Notes: generated by a model from the sequence alone, not told the origin. Shown: positions 18,018 to 27,515, counted from the first letter of the stretch. The stretch is 32,000 nucleotides of DNA from Synechococcus sp. A15-28 (GCF_014280175.1 NZ_CP047931.1:390001-422000), one strand, 5' to 3'. Program-made: numbers and translations.

Positions 18018-19390
18018 GACCGCTCCCACTTTTTGAAGATTGATTCAATGGAATCTATGGCGTTATCTACAGCGCGCTCAACTGGGATACCATTCTCGCA
18101 AACCTGTTGGATTGCCTGGGCCCAAATATTTTGTCGCCTCACTTCCGTGTATGCGGGATTATATATTTGATAGGCAAGCTTGTAGTTATTGACCGTTTCT
18201 CTTGAAGCCTGTATGTGGGTGTTTCGTAGTTCGTTCCAGAAAGGATTCTCGAGAATACTGATGGAAACTGGTAAGTACCTTCCCTGGGATCCTTCCACGT
18301 AACGAGAAAGATTTTCTGGCTTGATCAGGTGTCGTGCAAAAGACTTAGCTTCATTTATCTTTGCTCCATCAAAAATAAACATTTGTTTGACAGAAATATC
18401 TGTACGGACAGGTTCGCCGTCGAGTCCCTTCGGCCATCCAACAGAGGCTATTCTTTCATAATAAGCGACTTCGTCGGCTGTTTGAGACCCTGGAATTGAA
18501 AGTGTTGGATTAGCTGTCATTAACGATAGGCTGCTGAGAAAGTCGATATTGTTGTCTACATCTCCCCATTCAGTCGCTTTTTTCGAGACCCATCCCTTCT
18601 TATAAAAGCTTATATAATCTTTCATTGCAGCAATAATTTTACTTCTTTCATCTGCATCGCTCAACATGAGCTTGCCATCATCGCTAAGGATTTTCGCACC
18701 GTGTGCCTCAAGGAAAAAGTCAAATAGAATGTGGGTATCTGATGTTGAACTGGCCATGGGTAGGCCGATCCCCTTGATATCTACAAACCCAGCATCAATA
18801 GCTCTTTGCTGGTTATCCCCCCAGAATGTCCAGAACTCATTCCAAGTGTCGGGAATACTGATGTCTAATTCGGTATTATTCGCTTCCTGGAGAAGGTCTT
18901 TCCAGTAGTGAATGTATGCAGAGCTAACGGATAGTGGTACAGAGTAAGGGGAGCGAAGTCCAGAAGATTTATTGAGGAACGTAATGTTTTCAATGATGCC
19001 CGGGGAGTAATCGTCAATAAATTTGTTGATAACATCATCGGTTGGCACCACAAATCCCTTGTAGGCAAAAGTTGGACCATGACTGTCTCCCACGCTGTAG
19101 CCATACATCAAGTCTGGCTTAGGACCTCCATTCAAAATTTGTGTTGCTCGCTGTGAAATCTCTCCATCATTGAAAAAGACAAGGTCGACTTTTTTACCGC
19201 TTTCTTTCTCCCATTTCCTTGTAATGGCCTCGATGGCATCTGTTTCTTCAGGGTAATACCCCTCAGACCACCAAACCAGCAGATCTCGCTCAGTGGAATT
19301 GTCAGTTGCCACCGGATTTAGGCCTGTCATGCCACAACCACCCAGCATCAGGCTGAAGAGTAGTGAAGTAAGGGGAAGATGAAGTTTCAC
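18014..19390 (-). CDS. Extracellular solute-binding lipoprotein, family 1 (carbohydrate/UgpB-MalE-like)
   Basis: Lipobox LMLGGC; LLVWWSEGYYPEETDAIEAITRKWEKESGKKVDLVFF; PDLMYGYS; DTWNEFWTF; SARHLIKPENLSRYVEGSQGRYLPVS-type SBP_bac_1 features. Confidence 0.88.
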   Translation of the reverse strand: MKLHLPLTSLLFSLMLGGCGMTGLNPVATDNSTERDLLVWWSEGYYPEETDAIEAITRKWEKESGKKVDLVFFNDGEISQRATQILNGGPKPDLMYGYSVGDSHGPTFAYKGFVVPTDDVINKFIDDYSPGIIENITFLNKSSGLRSPYSVPLSVSSAYIHYWKDLLQEANNTELDISIPDTWNEFWTFWGDNQQRAIDAGFVDIKGIGLPMASSTSDTHILFDFFLEAHGAKILSDDGKLMLSDADERSKIIAAMKDYISFYKKGWVSKKATEWGDVDNNIDFLSSLSLMTANPTLSIPGSQTADEVAYYERIASVGWPKGLDGEPVRTDISVKQMFIFDGAKINEAKSFARHLIKPENLSRYVEGSQGRYLPVSISILENPFWNELRNTHIQASRETVNNYKLAYQIYNPAYTEVRRQNIWAQAIQQVCENGIPVERAVDNAIDSIESIFKKWERS

Positions 19391-19471
19391 GCCTGATAGG
19401 CCTAGTTTAATTATCCTAGCAATCTTTTTTGGCTTTGCAGCACGATGAGAACGTTAAAAACCTTTGAAACG

Positions 19472-20452
19472 TTACCAAGAGGTTAAGGCGATTACCCAGA
19501 TCGGAAGAGTGAAGATCAAAATGATATTGCTGATGATCAGGGATTGCACAATCAGGGCTCGATCTAGGTTGAAGTTTTCAGCCAAGACAAGCGTCGCAAA
19601 GGCGCAGGGCATTCCTGACTGAAGAACGAGAATCAACCTTTCTGGGCCCGCAAATCCAGTTGCAGTAAGTAATGCCCCTACCAGGATTGGCACGGCAATC
19701 ATCTTGATCAAGACAGCTTTCAAAGGCAGTTGGAATGAGCCGGAACCGCTGAGCTGTTCGATTCGCATTCCCATGGTGAGGAGTGCGAGCATGATTGAAG
19801 TCCAAGCGATAACGCTGAGGATGTTGCTCAGAAGATCTGGGATTTCAACCAGCTTCAGAAGAAGGCCTACGCCAAAAGCGATGAGCGATGGATTTTTATA
19901 GAGGAGTTTGCTTGTCCTGACGAGTGCGCTAAGAAAGCCATTGCTGTTATCACCACCATCCCCTCGAGTCGCAATCCAGGAGCCCAGTCCATAGCCACCT
20001 AAAATCGTCCCAAAAATATCGTATAAAACTGCGATGCCAAAGTAATTTGGGCCAAGCTGAGGTAGTAATAAGACGACTGGAAATCCAATATAACTTGTAT
20101 TACCGATATAACTGCTGAGCTGGAAGCTTCGTCGGGTATTCAATGAAATCGATTTTCTTGATCCCAGAACGTATGACGAAAAAAGCAGACCGAGGCCGAT
20201 GACCAAGCAAGCAGTGACTGGAGCTATCCAGGCATTTGCGCTTAATTCGGCGTTGCGAACGAAATTGGCAATTCCGATCGGGATGCCAACACGCAGTAGA
20301 AATTGTGCAAGGAAAGAAGGGATGCTGCGGCTGTACCGCTCTCCGGTGGCTCCTCCATAGGACACCAAGAGTTTGCTGATCAGAATTCCGCTGCCCACAG
20401 CTGCCACGATGGGCAGGTAGACAGAGGTGACAATGGAAGAGAGGTTGGTCAA
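19472..20452 (-). CDS. AEC-family (auxin efflux carrier-like) transporter/permease
   Basis: Polytopic protein with GNTSYIGFPVVLLLPQLGPNYFGIAVLYDIFGT and a C-terminal half typical of AEC permeases (QSGMPCAFATLVLAENFNLD). Confidence 0.85.
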   Translation of the reverse strand: MTNLSSIVTSVYLPIVAAVGSGILISKLLVSYGGATGERYSRSIPSFLAQFLLRVGIPIGIANFVRNAELSANAWIAPVTACLVIGLGLLFSSYVLGSRKSISLNTRRSFQLSSYIGNTSYIGFPVVLLLPQLGPNYFGIAVLYDIFGTILGGYGLGSWIATRGDGGDNSNGFLSALVRTSKLLYKNPSLIAFGVGLLLKLVEIPDLLSNILSVIAWTSIMLALLTMGMRIEQLSGSGSFQLPLKAVLIKMIAVPILVGALLTATGFAGPERLILVLQSGMPCAFATLVLAENFNLDRALIVQSLIISNIILIFTLPIWVIALTSW

Positions 20453-20542
20453 ACGTCTTCGATCCTGATGTCCAGGATTAACTGATTAAACGTTGGCACG
20501 CGAGTGGGCGATGGTCAATCTTTTGTTGGTTTGATGTGACGC

Positions 20543-21238
20543 TCAAGGGCGGACAAGCTGATCGATTGAAATTTCACCATAAAAAACCTTCAAGTCTTGT
20601 TCGTATCGCTGCAAGACAAGATTCTTCAGCCCTGAATCATGGAAGTATTGGCTGACATCTGTTCGGTCTTCTGCACGTCTACGGTTTTTTTGTGGAAGGT
20701 CCCCCAGCGAAGGCAGGCCTTCGCGCTGCAGTTGTTGTTGAAGGGCTTTCCAATCTTGATTCATGTGTTCAATTCTTCCGATGAATCCTGGGATAATTTG
20801 TTCGTCAAGGCAGAGGATTGATGTCTGAGGAAGTAAATGGATGTCGATCTCTTGATCAGGCGTGCTATTGACCCGCTCAAGAAACTGGGCAAATGGCATG
20901 TCGCGCCAGAGTCCCATCGCTTGCATGGGAGCGGGCACCTCGTCGAGTTCAAGGATTTTGTTGTTGTAAGCGGAAACCAGCCGGTCGAACGGATTTCGGA
21001 CAAAGCTGAAGCAGAAGTGCGTGCCACGACACATCCTTGCTGTGTGGTTGTTCACCATGCAGGTTTCCCCTTTGGTGGCTTTGCTCCAAAACGCATCCGA
21101 GGTGGTCCGCAATCCTTGCTCCGGGTTCTGCGTCAGTAGTCGGCTGAGACTGGCTTTGATCGAACTGTTGGCCACCTTCGGGACGCGTCCGTAAAGGAGA
21201 GGCAGGTCTCGGAACTGAATGAAGTGACGCTCGTTCAC
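20543..21238 (-). CDS. Sulfotransferase, family 2 type
   Basis: GRVPKVANSSIKASL (5'-PSB-like loop) and CFSFVRNPFDRLVSAYNNKI (3'-PB-like motif). Confidence 0.85.
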   Translation of the reverse strand: MNERHFIQFRDLPLLYGRVPKVANSSIKASLSRLLTQNPEQGLRTTSDAFWSKATKGETCMVNNHTARMCRGTHFCFSFVRNPFDRLVSAYNNKILELDEVPAPMQAMGLWRDMPFAQFLERVNSTPDQEIDIHLLPQTSILCLDEQIIPGFIGRIEHMNQDWKALQQQLQREGLPSLGDLPQKNRRRAEDRTDVSQYFHDSGLKNLVLQRYEQDLKVFYGEISIDQLVRP

Positions 21239-22077
21239 AGCTCCCAGTAGTCGATGGGTTTACCCATGTAGGCCAGCATCTGCTCGCTGTCTGGCCGAAT
21301 GCGACGCAGAACACGGCGCTTCAACCCGTCTCTCCACTGTGGCTTTTCGACGTGACCGCGACCTTTCTCGCCGGCTTGATTTTCCCTGGGCAGCTGTCCA
21401 TTGCTATCCAGAAGCCTTTTAACCCTCGGCTTGACGCCAAGAAACCGCATCATCTGGCGTAAGGAACGCCGGGGTGAGCTCAGCAGATCTTCAAATGTCA
21501 TGCAGTGAATCTGCTCATCTGGATAGAAACGACGGAATGCCGATAGACGTTGGTAGTACATCGAACAACCCACGATGAGTCGACGCAGGTGACGGTCGCG
21601 CATGAGTTCGCTGAAATCAGCGCACTCCGGATTTCGCCCGCGGTAGTGACGCCACTGGGACACGATCCGATCCAAAGGATGGCGAACGATGTAAATCAGT
21701 TTGAGATCCGGAAGGTAGCGATGCATCAATTCCGGCGTGCTGCTGAAGGAATGCAAGCCACTGGCATACATCGTGCTGCCTTCCCCCCTGAGAAGGTGAT
21801 TCTTGCCTTTGTTGAATCTTGATGCATACCAATCCCAACCCTTTTTGTAGTAACGGCCGAAGAACTTTGGCTCTTTGGGTTTACTGATGAAAACGTCTGG
21901 ATGCTGCGGAAGGATGGTGGTCAGGGTTGTTGTGGCGGATTTAGCGGCGCCAATGATGATGAAGTTGGGCAAGGAGTCGCGATATTGATCAACGATCTCA
22001 GCATGTTGGCCGCGAATGCCCTTGCGGATCAATTTCGTTGAACACAGATCGGATGGCATGACGAGGATGTTGGTCAA
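21235..22077 (-). CDS. Sulfotransferase, family 1/heparan-sulfate-type
   Basis: NFIIIGAAKSATTTLTTILPQHPDVFISKPKEPKFF and LIYIVRHPLDRIVSQWRHY. Confidence 0.87.
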   Translation of the reverse strand: MTNILVMPSDLCSTKLIRKGIRGQHAEIVDQYRDSLPNFIIIGAAKSATTTLTTILPQHPDVFISKPKEPKFFGRYYKKGWDWYASRFNKGKNHLLRGEGSTMYASGLHSFSSTPELMHRYLPDLKLIYIVRHPLDRIVSQWRHYRGRNPECADFSELMRDRHLRRLIVGCSMYYQRLSAFRRFYPDEQIHCMTFEDLLSSPRRSLRQMMRFLGVKPRVKRLLDSNGQLPRENQAGEKGRGHVEKPQWRDGLKRRVLRRIRPDSEQMLAYMGKPIDYWEL

Positions 22078-22850
22078 GCGTTGACTTGGGCTCTCTGGCG
22101 TTTCTTGGCTTTGGCCACACCCCGTTGCAAAGGGGGCAATTTGTTTAATGGCTGGCCATCGAGAAGCGTGTCAATGCTGTAGTCGCCATAGAAGCGATTG
22201 AGATCCTGCTGGTATCGCTCGATCACCATGTCAATCAGGGCTATGGAATGGAAGAGAACACGAATGTCGCTGCGCCCTTCACGACGCACATTCTTCTGCG
22301 GTATCGCACCCAGCGTTGGCAGGCCTTCCAGCTTCATTCGGCATCGTAACCGACGCCAATGGTCGGTCATGTGCTCCATTCGGCCGACGAATTTTGGCAC
22401 AAGCTTGTTGCCCGCAAGCAGCATATCGGCTTGCGGACGCACATGATTATCGATTAGTTCTGGATCTGCCTTGCAGACAATTTCGATGAATTGGTCAAAG
22501 GCCATGCCGTGATGCAGTCCCATTTTTTTCATGGGCAATGGCACATCGTCGATTTCCAGAATCTTGTTGTTGTAAGCGGCAACGATTCGGTCGAAAGGAT
22601 TGCGGACGAAGCTGAAACTGAAGTGGCTTCCGCGAAGACGTCTGGCTTGTTGAGGTGTGACGAGCTGAGTTTCACCATTGGTGTTTTCGCGCCAAAAACG
22701 GTCGGATGTGGTCTTGATTCCGCCGGTGGGCTTTTGATTCAGAAGTTTGCATAGCGTGGCCTTGATGGAGGAGTTGGCCACCTTGGGAACACGCCCGTAC
22801 AGAAGCGGGATGTCACGGAACAGGATGAAGTGTCGAGGTGATTTGCTCAT
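22074..22850 (-). CDS. Sulfotransferase, family 2 type (paralogue of 20543..21238)
   Basis: MSKSPRHFILFRDIPLLYGRVPKVANSSIKATL ... FSFVRNPFDRIVAAYNNKILEIDDVP; ATG at 22850 overlaps the upstream TGA. Confidence 0.85.
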   Translation of the reverse strand: MSKSPRHFILFRDIPLLYGRVPKVANSSIKATLCKLLNQKPTGGIKTTSDRFWRENTNGETQLVTPQQARRLRGSHFSFSFVRNPFDRIVAAYNNKILEIDDVPLPMKKMGLHHGMAFDQFIEIVCKADPELIDNHVRPQADMLLAGNKLVPKFVGRMEHMTDHWRRLRCRMKLEGLPTLGAIPQKNVRREGRSDIRVLFHSIALIDMVIERYQQDLNRFYGDYSIDTLLDGQPLNKLPPLQRGVAKAKKRQRAQVNA

Positions 22851-25111
22851 GCCCTCGCTGCAGCTTCCAGGCGTTCCAACGCCAGCCATGCCGCTTCGCC
22901 GCCATTTTTGTGCCCTTGCCAGATCTCGGGGATAAACGATGCCTTTGGGCAGTGTTGGTCGATCTGTTCGAACAACTGCACCCAATCAATGTCTCCATCC
23001 AAAATCTGCAGGCCCTCGCCATCCACATCCTTGGCATCCGCCAGATGCAGGTGAGCTGTGAAGGGGAGGATCTGATCGAGGAACTGACGAAACGGAATGT
23101 GGAGATGGTTGCAAGCCAGTTTTGAGTGGGAGACATCCAGGCAGACCCGCATGTCCTGCTCTTCACAGAACTGCCGGATGAAATCCGTGTCCACAAACAG
23201 GTTGTGGAAGCGTTGCCCGCCGAAGTGCCAGGGGAAGGGGGGCATCGTCTGGGGAATGATCTCCACCTCGCCTGCGGTGTTGATCTTCTTCAGGCTTGTA
23301 ATCAGTCGCTCCCGCAGCGGTTTCCGTTCGCTGCGGTTGAGGTGATGGTGTTCGGAAAAACCGCCGACGTTGGTCACCAGCAACACCGGGTCTGAGCACT
23401 GGAAGCGATTTCTCAGGTCCCGCGAAATGTCGATCACCCGCTGCAGTTCTGCAATGGAGTGATTGCGATAGCTGGAATCCTCCGTGCAGAGGTCCAGAGT
23501 GTGGTCTCCCGCGAACAATTCGGGGGCATGAATCACCAGCCCAATGTTCTGCCGAACCGGTAGGACTTGATTGAGGTCAACCTCCAGATCCTTGTAACTG
23601 AGGTGAATCTCCACCAGATCCAGATTACTCACCTCGGAAAACACCTTGATGTCGTGGTACCGGACAGGTAAACCAAACGGCTGGTTGAACTGATACCTGC
23701 GCGGGGTGGCCGCAGGTGTTTCCAGATCGGATGGGAAGAACACCTCCCCTTGGCTCTTGGCCACCGGCAGGCGACGACCGATCAGATCCTTGAGCCGGTT
23801 GGGTTGCAGACCCTGGCCTGGGCTCTGGATGCGCACCATCGCTTCGGTGATCTCTGTTCCGGCTGGTACATCGCAGGCCGCCACAAGGCTCTTGGCCAAC
23901 ACCTCACGGTTCATCATTTCGCCCTGGCTGATGCTGCGCTCTCCGCCCTGGCCCATGGACTCCTCCACGCGGCGGATGCCCTGCATCATCTGAGCGAATT
24001 CATCCGGCAGCAGGCTCACCTTGTGATCGTTGCCTTCCATGCCGCGATCCACGGTGATGTGTTTCTCGATCACCGCCGCCCCCATGGCGACCGCCGCAAT
24101 CGGCACCTCAATTCCTCGTTCGTGACCGGAATAGCCCACGGGAGCATCGGCCAGTTCCCGCAGCCGCTCCAGATAGCGCAGGTTCACGTCCTTGAACGGC
24201 GTGGGATAAGTGGAGTTGCAGTGCAGCAGAACGTAGTTCGCCCCTTCCTGCTGTAGGTGGCGAATGCCAGAGCGGATTTCCAGTTCGCTGGCCATGCCGG
24301 TGGAGCAGATCAGCGGTTTCCCCGTCGCGGCCAATTGGCTGATCAGGGCGTGGTTGGTGAAATCGGCGGAGGCCACCTTGAAGCCCTCCATGCCCCAGCC
24401 ATTCAATTTCTCCAGACTGGTTTCATCCCAGGGGGTGCAGAGCGGCACCAGACCCTTGGACGCTGCGTAGTCAAAACAGCGGAATAACTCCTCGTCGCTC
24501 AGCTGGAAGCGCTCCAGCAGATCCAGGGTGTACTGGGTCCCCAGATCGGAGGCCATGTCATTGCTGTCGCCAGCATTGCTGTACAGATTGGACATGTCCC
24601 GCATCTGGAACTTGGCGCAGTCAGCGCCGGCGGCATGGGCGGCATCGATCAGCTCAAGGGCGATGTTGATGTCGCCGTTGTGGTTGTTGCCAATTTCGGC
24701 GATCACGAAGCTCGGTTCGCCGTCTCCGATGCGACGGCTGCCCAGTTGCAGGCCATCGGTGGCGGGCAGGGCCACCGCCACGATGCGGCCGTGGCTGTCC
24801 AGCAGCGGCAGGGCGATGATGCGCGAGGTCAGCAGACCAGCCAATTCCGCGGGAGCTGTTCCCTCCGCAGCACTGCGGCAATCGGGGTTCATCGCCGCCG
24901 TCACAGGACGGTTCAGATCGATGTCACCGCAACTGGCGATCCAGCGCCGGAAATCGCCATCGGTGAGAACACCCTGCAGGATCCCGGATTCCGAGACCAC
25001 AAAAATCAACCGCGATTGGTTGGCGGTGATTTTGCTCAGGGCAGAAAGAATCGTGTCCTCGGCAAAAACAACGAACTGGGTGAAGTTCCTCTCGATCTGG
25101 ATGCCCTTCAC
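22847..25111 (-). CDS. neuB: Multi-domain nonulosonic acid synthase: CBS pair + NeuB-like synthase + SAF domain + C-terminal xylose-isomerase/AP-endonuclease-like TIM barrel
   Basis: aa 1-~120 CBS-like (FVVSESGILQGVLTDGDFRRWI); aa ~127-400 NeuB (IAEIGNNHNGDINIALELIDAAHAAGADCAKFQ, GYSGHERG, EKHITVDRGMEGNDHKVSL); aa ~401-463 SAF (NREVLAKSLVAACDVPAGTEIT...LIGRRLPVAKSQGEV); aa ~470-754 TIM-barrel-like (VCLDVSHSKLACNH, HLHLADAKDVDGEGLQILDGDIDW). GTG start at 25111. Confidence 0.9.
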   Translation of the reverse strand: MKGIQIERNFTQFVVFAEDTILSALSKITANQSRLIFVVSESGILQGVLTDGDFRRWIASCGDIDLNRPVTAAMNPDCRSAAEGTAPAELAGLLTSRIIALPLLDSHGRIVAVALPATDGLQLGSRRIGDGEPSFVIAEIGNNHNGDINIALELIDAAHAAGADCAKFQMRDMSNLYSNAGDSNDMASDLGTQYTLDLLERFQLSDEELFRCFDYAASKGLVPLCTPWDETSLEKLNGWGMEGFKVASADFTNHALISQLAATGKPLICSTGMASELEIRSGIRHLQQEGANYVLLHCNSTYPTPFKDVNLRYLERLRELADAPVGYSGHERGIEVPIAAVAMGAAVIEKHITVDRGMEGNDHKVSLLPDEFAQMMQGIRRVEESMGQGGERSISQGEMMNREVLAKSLVAACDVPAGTEITEAMVRIQSPGQGLQPNRLKDLIGRRLPVAKSQGEVFFPSDLETPAATPRRYQFNQPFGLPVRYHDIKVFSEVSNLDLVEIHLSYKDLEVDLNQVLPVRQNIGLVIHAPELFAGDHTLDLCTEDSSYRNHSIAELQRVIDISRDLRNRFQCSDPVLLVTNVGGFSEHHHLNRSERKPLRERLITSLKKINTAGEVEIIPQTMPPFPWHFGGQRFHNLFVDTDFIRQFCEEQDMRVCLDVSHSKLACNHLHIPFRQFLDQILPFTAHLHLADAKDVDGEGLQILDGDIDWVQLFEQIDQHCPKASFIPEIWQGHKNGGEAAWLALERLEAAARA

Positions 25112-25149
25112 AGTTCGCCTCGCAGGTGCCTAAGCAGAACCTGGAGACA

Positions 25150-26463
25150 CTACCCCACGTTCCTGTAGGTGATGCTCAGAAAAAGGCGCCTGATGATCCG
25201 GTTGCGTGTCTGAACAGCGCCCAATCTGCGGGCCACATTGCGATGGCTGGGTCGCATCAGGGTCCCAAGTTGCAACAGGCTTTCTGCTTCTTTCCAGTTC
25301 CTCTCTTGAATAGCACGTTCTGCATCGCGACGTAGCTGGGTGAAGCTGAGATTGGCGTTACTCAGATAGCCGGATTTTGCTTGGAGGCGATCCGGAGGGC
25401 AGGCACGCAGTTGCAGCAGAGCCTCGATCAATCGATCCGGCTCAAGCTTGGTGCCGTAGCCCATCCATGCCAGCCAGTCGGGATCCGGTTGTGGAAGCTC
25501 CTCGTCCAGAACGTCGAGATCCTCCATGGCATCCAGAGGTCTCCAGACCCCCGATCCGGCGAACACATGGCTGCCGTTGCTGGGATTGATCCCGAAGTCG
25601 GCCATCGCCAGGGGCCGGCAGCCGAAATCGAGAGCATCGAAGAAGGCGGTGGAGGAGATGGTGGCCATCAACCGGGCCTGACGCAGCAGGACCGGTAAGG
25701 GGCGGTAATCCAGCTTCAGGTTCACCGGGGCATGGCCAAGGGTCTGTTTCAGGGTGGTACTGATGTGGTCATCGATGCTGTGAAAGGTTTCCTCTCCCGG
25801 GGCGATTCGCGGCTTGATCAACACCTCCCAGTTCGGAGAGCGTCGGGCCAGATCCGCCAGGATCCGAACCATCTCGGCGCGATCGACCGCTGTTGAGGGC
25901 ATCACCACCTGTTCAGCGAAGATCAGCTGCTTGCGGCGCTGGTCACGTCCCTTGGGGTGCTGATCAGGGGCTGTGTTGCGGTGCAAACCGGTCAGAACCG
26001 CGCGCTGATCAGCAAATGGCGTGCCTTCCAGCATGCGTTCCAGGGCGTCACGGTCCCGTGGACCACTGAGGCCGATCAGGTCGTACCCCAGGCGCCAGCT
26101 GACGCCCTCGACGAACTTTTCCAGCACAACACCGTTGAATCCGCAGAAGAGCAAGGGCCTCTCGTTGCTGGGGAGCAATCCCAAGGCCAGGCGGAAATCG
26201 CTGATCTTGCTGCCGGTGAGGTAAACCCCGATGGCATCGAATTGGCGCAGCTTGTGGTGAGTCAGCAACTGCCCCATGTCCAGTCGCCAAAGCTCACCGA
26301 GGGCAGCGGCGCGCGTCAGAATTGCCTCAGGCGTTCCCTCCCTTGGGATGGCATTGATTGTGACCTGAACGTTGCGTTCTGAAGGGAAGCGGCACAACGC
26401 TTCACAGGCCAACAGTTGGCTGTCGCTGTCGCCGATCAGCAGCAGTTTGAACGGTTGATTCAT
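25150..26463 (-). CDS. Putative glycosyltransferase-like protein, DUF6716-like, paralogue 1 of 3
   Basis: PNWEVLIKPRIAPGEETFHSIDDH ... RLMATISSTAFFDALDFGCRPLAMADFGINPSNGSHVFAGSG. Confidence 0.65.
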   Translation of the reverse strand: MNQPFKLLLIGDSDSQLLACEALCRFPSERNVQVTINAIPREGTPEAILTRAAALGELWRLDMGQLLTHHKLRQFDAIGVYLTGSKISDFRLALGLLPSNERPLLFCGFNGVVLEKFVEGVSWRLGYDLIGLSGPRDRDALERMLEGTPFADQRAVLTGLHRNTAPDQHPKGRDQRRKQLIFAEQVVMPSTAVDRAEMVRILADLARRSPNWEVLIKPRIAPGEETFHSIDDHISTTLKQTLGHAPVNLKLDYRPLPVLLRQARLMATISSTAFFDALDFGCRPLAMADFGINPSNGSHVFAGSGVWRPLDAMEDLDVLDEELPQPDPDWLAWMGYGTKLEPDRLIEALLQLRACPPDRLQAKSGYLSNANLSFTQLRRDAERAIQERNWKEAESLLQLGTLMRPSHRNVARRLGAVQTRNRIIRRLFLSITYRNVG

Positions 26464-27515
26464 CGGATCAGCGCCTCCAGGCGGCGGATCAGGCGCTTCG
26501 CCCCGTCATGCACCCCCCAGCCCGTGGACTGAAGCCAGAATGCGTTCACCGGGGGCAACTCCAGCAGCTGATCCAGCCGGTCGATGGCCTGCAATCGATG
26601 CATGCAGCCGCTGCCGAAGAACGCGGTGGTGCCTTGGTCGGTGTGAATGCCGTAGTCACCGATCAACAGGGTAGGTCGCCCCCAGGCCATGGCGGCCAGG
26701 GTCCAGGGTGAGCTGACGCTGAGGCAGGCGCTGCAGCTGGCCAGTTGGCTTAACAGCTGACCTGGCGCACCGAACACCAGGTTGTCGGGGAAGGACCAGT
26801 CGTCGGGTTCGAATTTGGCGATCCAGGGCTGGCCACGCTCCCAGGACTGGTCGCGTTGGATGACGATGGACCAGTCCGGCGAGGTTTCGGCCCAACGGAT
26901 CAGTTGCCTGAGGAGCTGTGCCTTGGCTCCAACCTGGATGGGAATGCTCTCCTGCGCCAAAGCGAGCAGCGTGTAAGGCGGTTTTGGTGTGCCGCCGCTC
27001 AGGGCCCCGAGAGGGGGACGTTCTGGAAGGAACCACAGCCCCATGGACTCGATCTCTGGAGTCCCAGAGGTTGTTGGCCAAAACTGCGTGATCGCTTCGA
27101 GCTCCCGTCGTTGACGATCCCCTGGCACCACCAGGAGGTCACAGCAGTGGCGATCACTGAGCTCTTGCACCAGCTGGTCGCCAAGGGACGCTTGCAGGGG
27201 CCCGCTGAACACCACTGCCGGGGGTTCCCCACGTTGGCGGGCGAGCTCGCGGTGGGCATGGGTGAAGCGCTGCAAGTAGTCGCTGCGATGGATGAATACC
27301 CCCACGGCGCTGGCGGAGTTCAGCAGTTCATGCCCCAGCAGATCCATTAGGGCTAAAGGGATCTGGGGGGTCACGGCTGGCAGCGGACTGTCTCGAAGTG
27401 AGGACAGCGCTGGACCAACGGTCAGACAGGCATGACCGCCCTGCCGTAGCTGCTGCGCCAACAGCTGGCAGGCGAAAGCGCTGCGGTCGTCATCACTGAC
27501 CAAAAGGATCGTCAT
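26460..27515 (-). CDS. Putative glycosyltransferase-like protein, paralogue 2 of 3
   Basis: ACLSVSSPWTLAAMAWGRPTLLIGDYGIHTDQGTTAFFGSG; start MTILLVSDDDRSAFACQLL at 27515, overlapping the upstream TGA (ATGA). Confidence 0.6.
   Translation of the reverse strand: MTILLVSDDDRSAFACQLLAQQLRQGGHACLTVGPALSSLRDSPLPAVTPQIPLALMDLLGHELLNSASAVGVFIHRSDYLQRFTHAHRELARQRGEPPAVVFSGPLQASLGDQLVQELSDRHCCDLLVVPGDRQRRELEAITQFWPTTSGTPEIESMGLWFLPERPPLGALSGGTPKPPYTLLALAQESIPIQVGAKAQLLRQLIRWAETSPDWSIVIQRDQSWERGQPWIAKFEPDDWSFPDNLVFGAPGQLLSQLASCSACLSVSSPWTLAAMAWGRPTLLIGDYGIHTDQGTTAFFGSGCMHRLQAIDRLDQLLELPPVNAFWLQSTGWGVHDGAKRLIRRLEALIR

Noticed and set aside
18014-19390. Reading the solute-binding protein as part of an ordinary ABC importer with the adjacent 19472..20452 gene
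   Set aside because: The adjacent gene is an AEC-type secondary carrier, not a binding-protein-dependent permease, and no ATPase is present in the window; distant permeases elsewhere in the genome cannot be excluded.
24528-25168. Plus-strand ORFs 24528..25133 and 24635..25168 opposite the neuB fusion
   Set aside because: The opposite strand carries clear CBS/NeuB domains; these are frame shadows.
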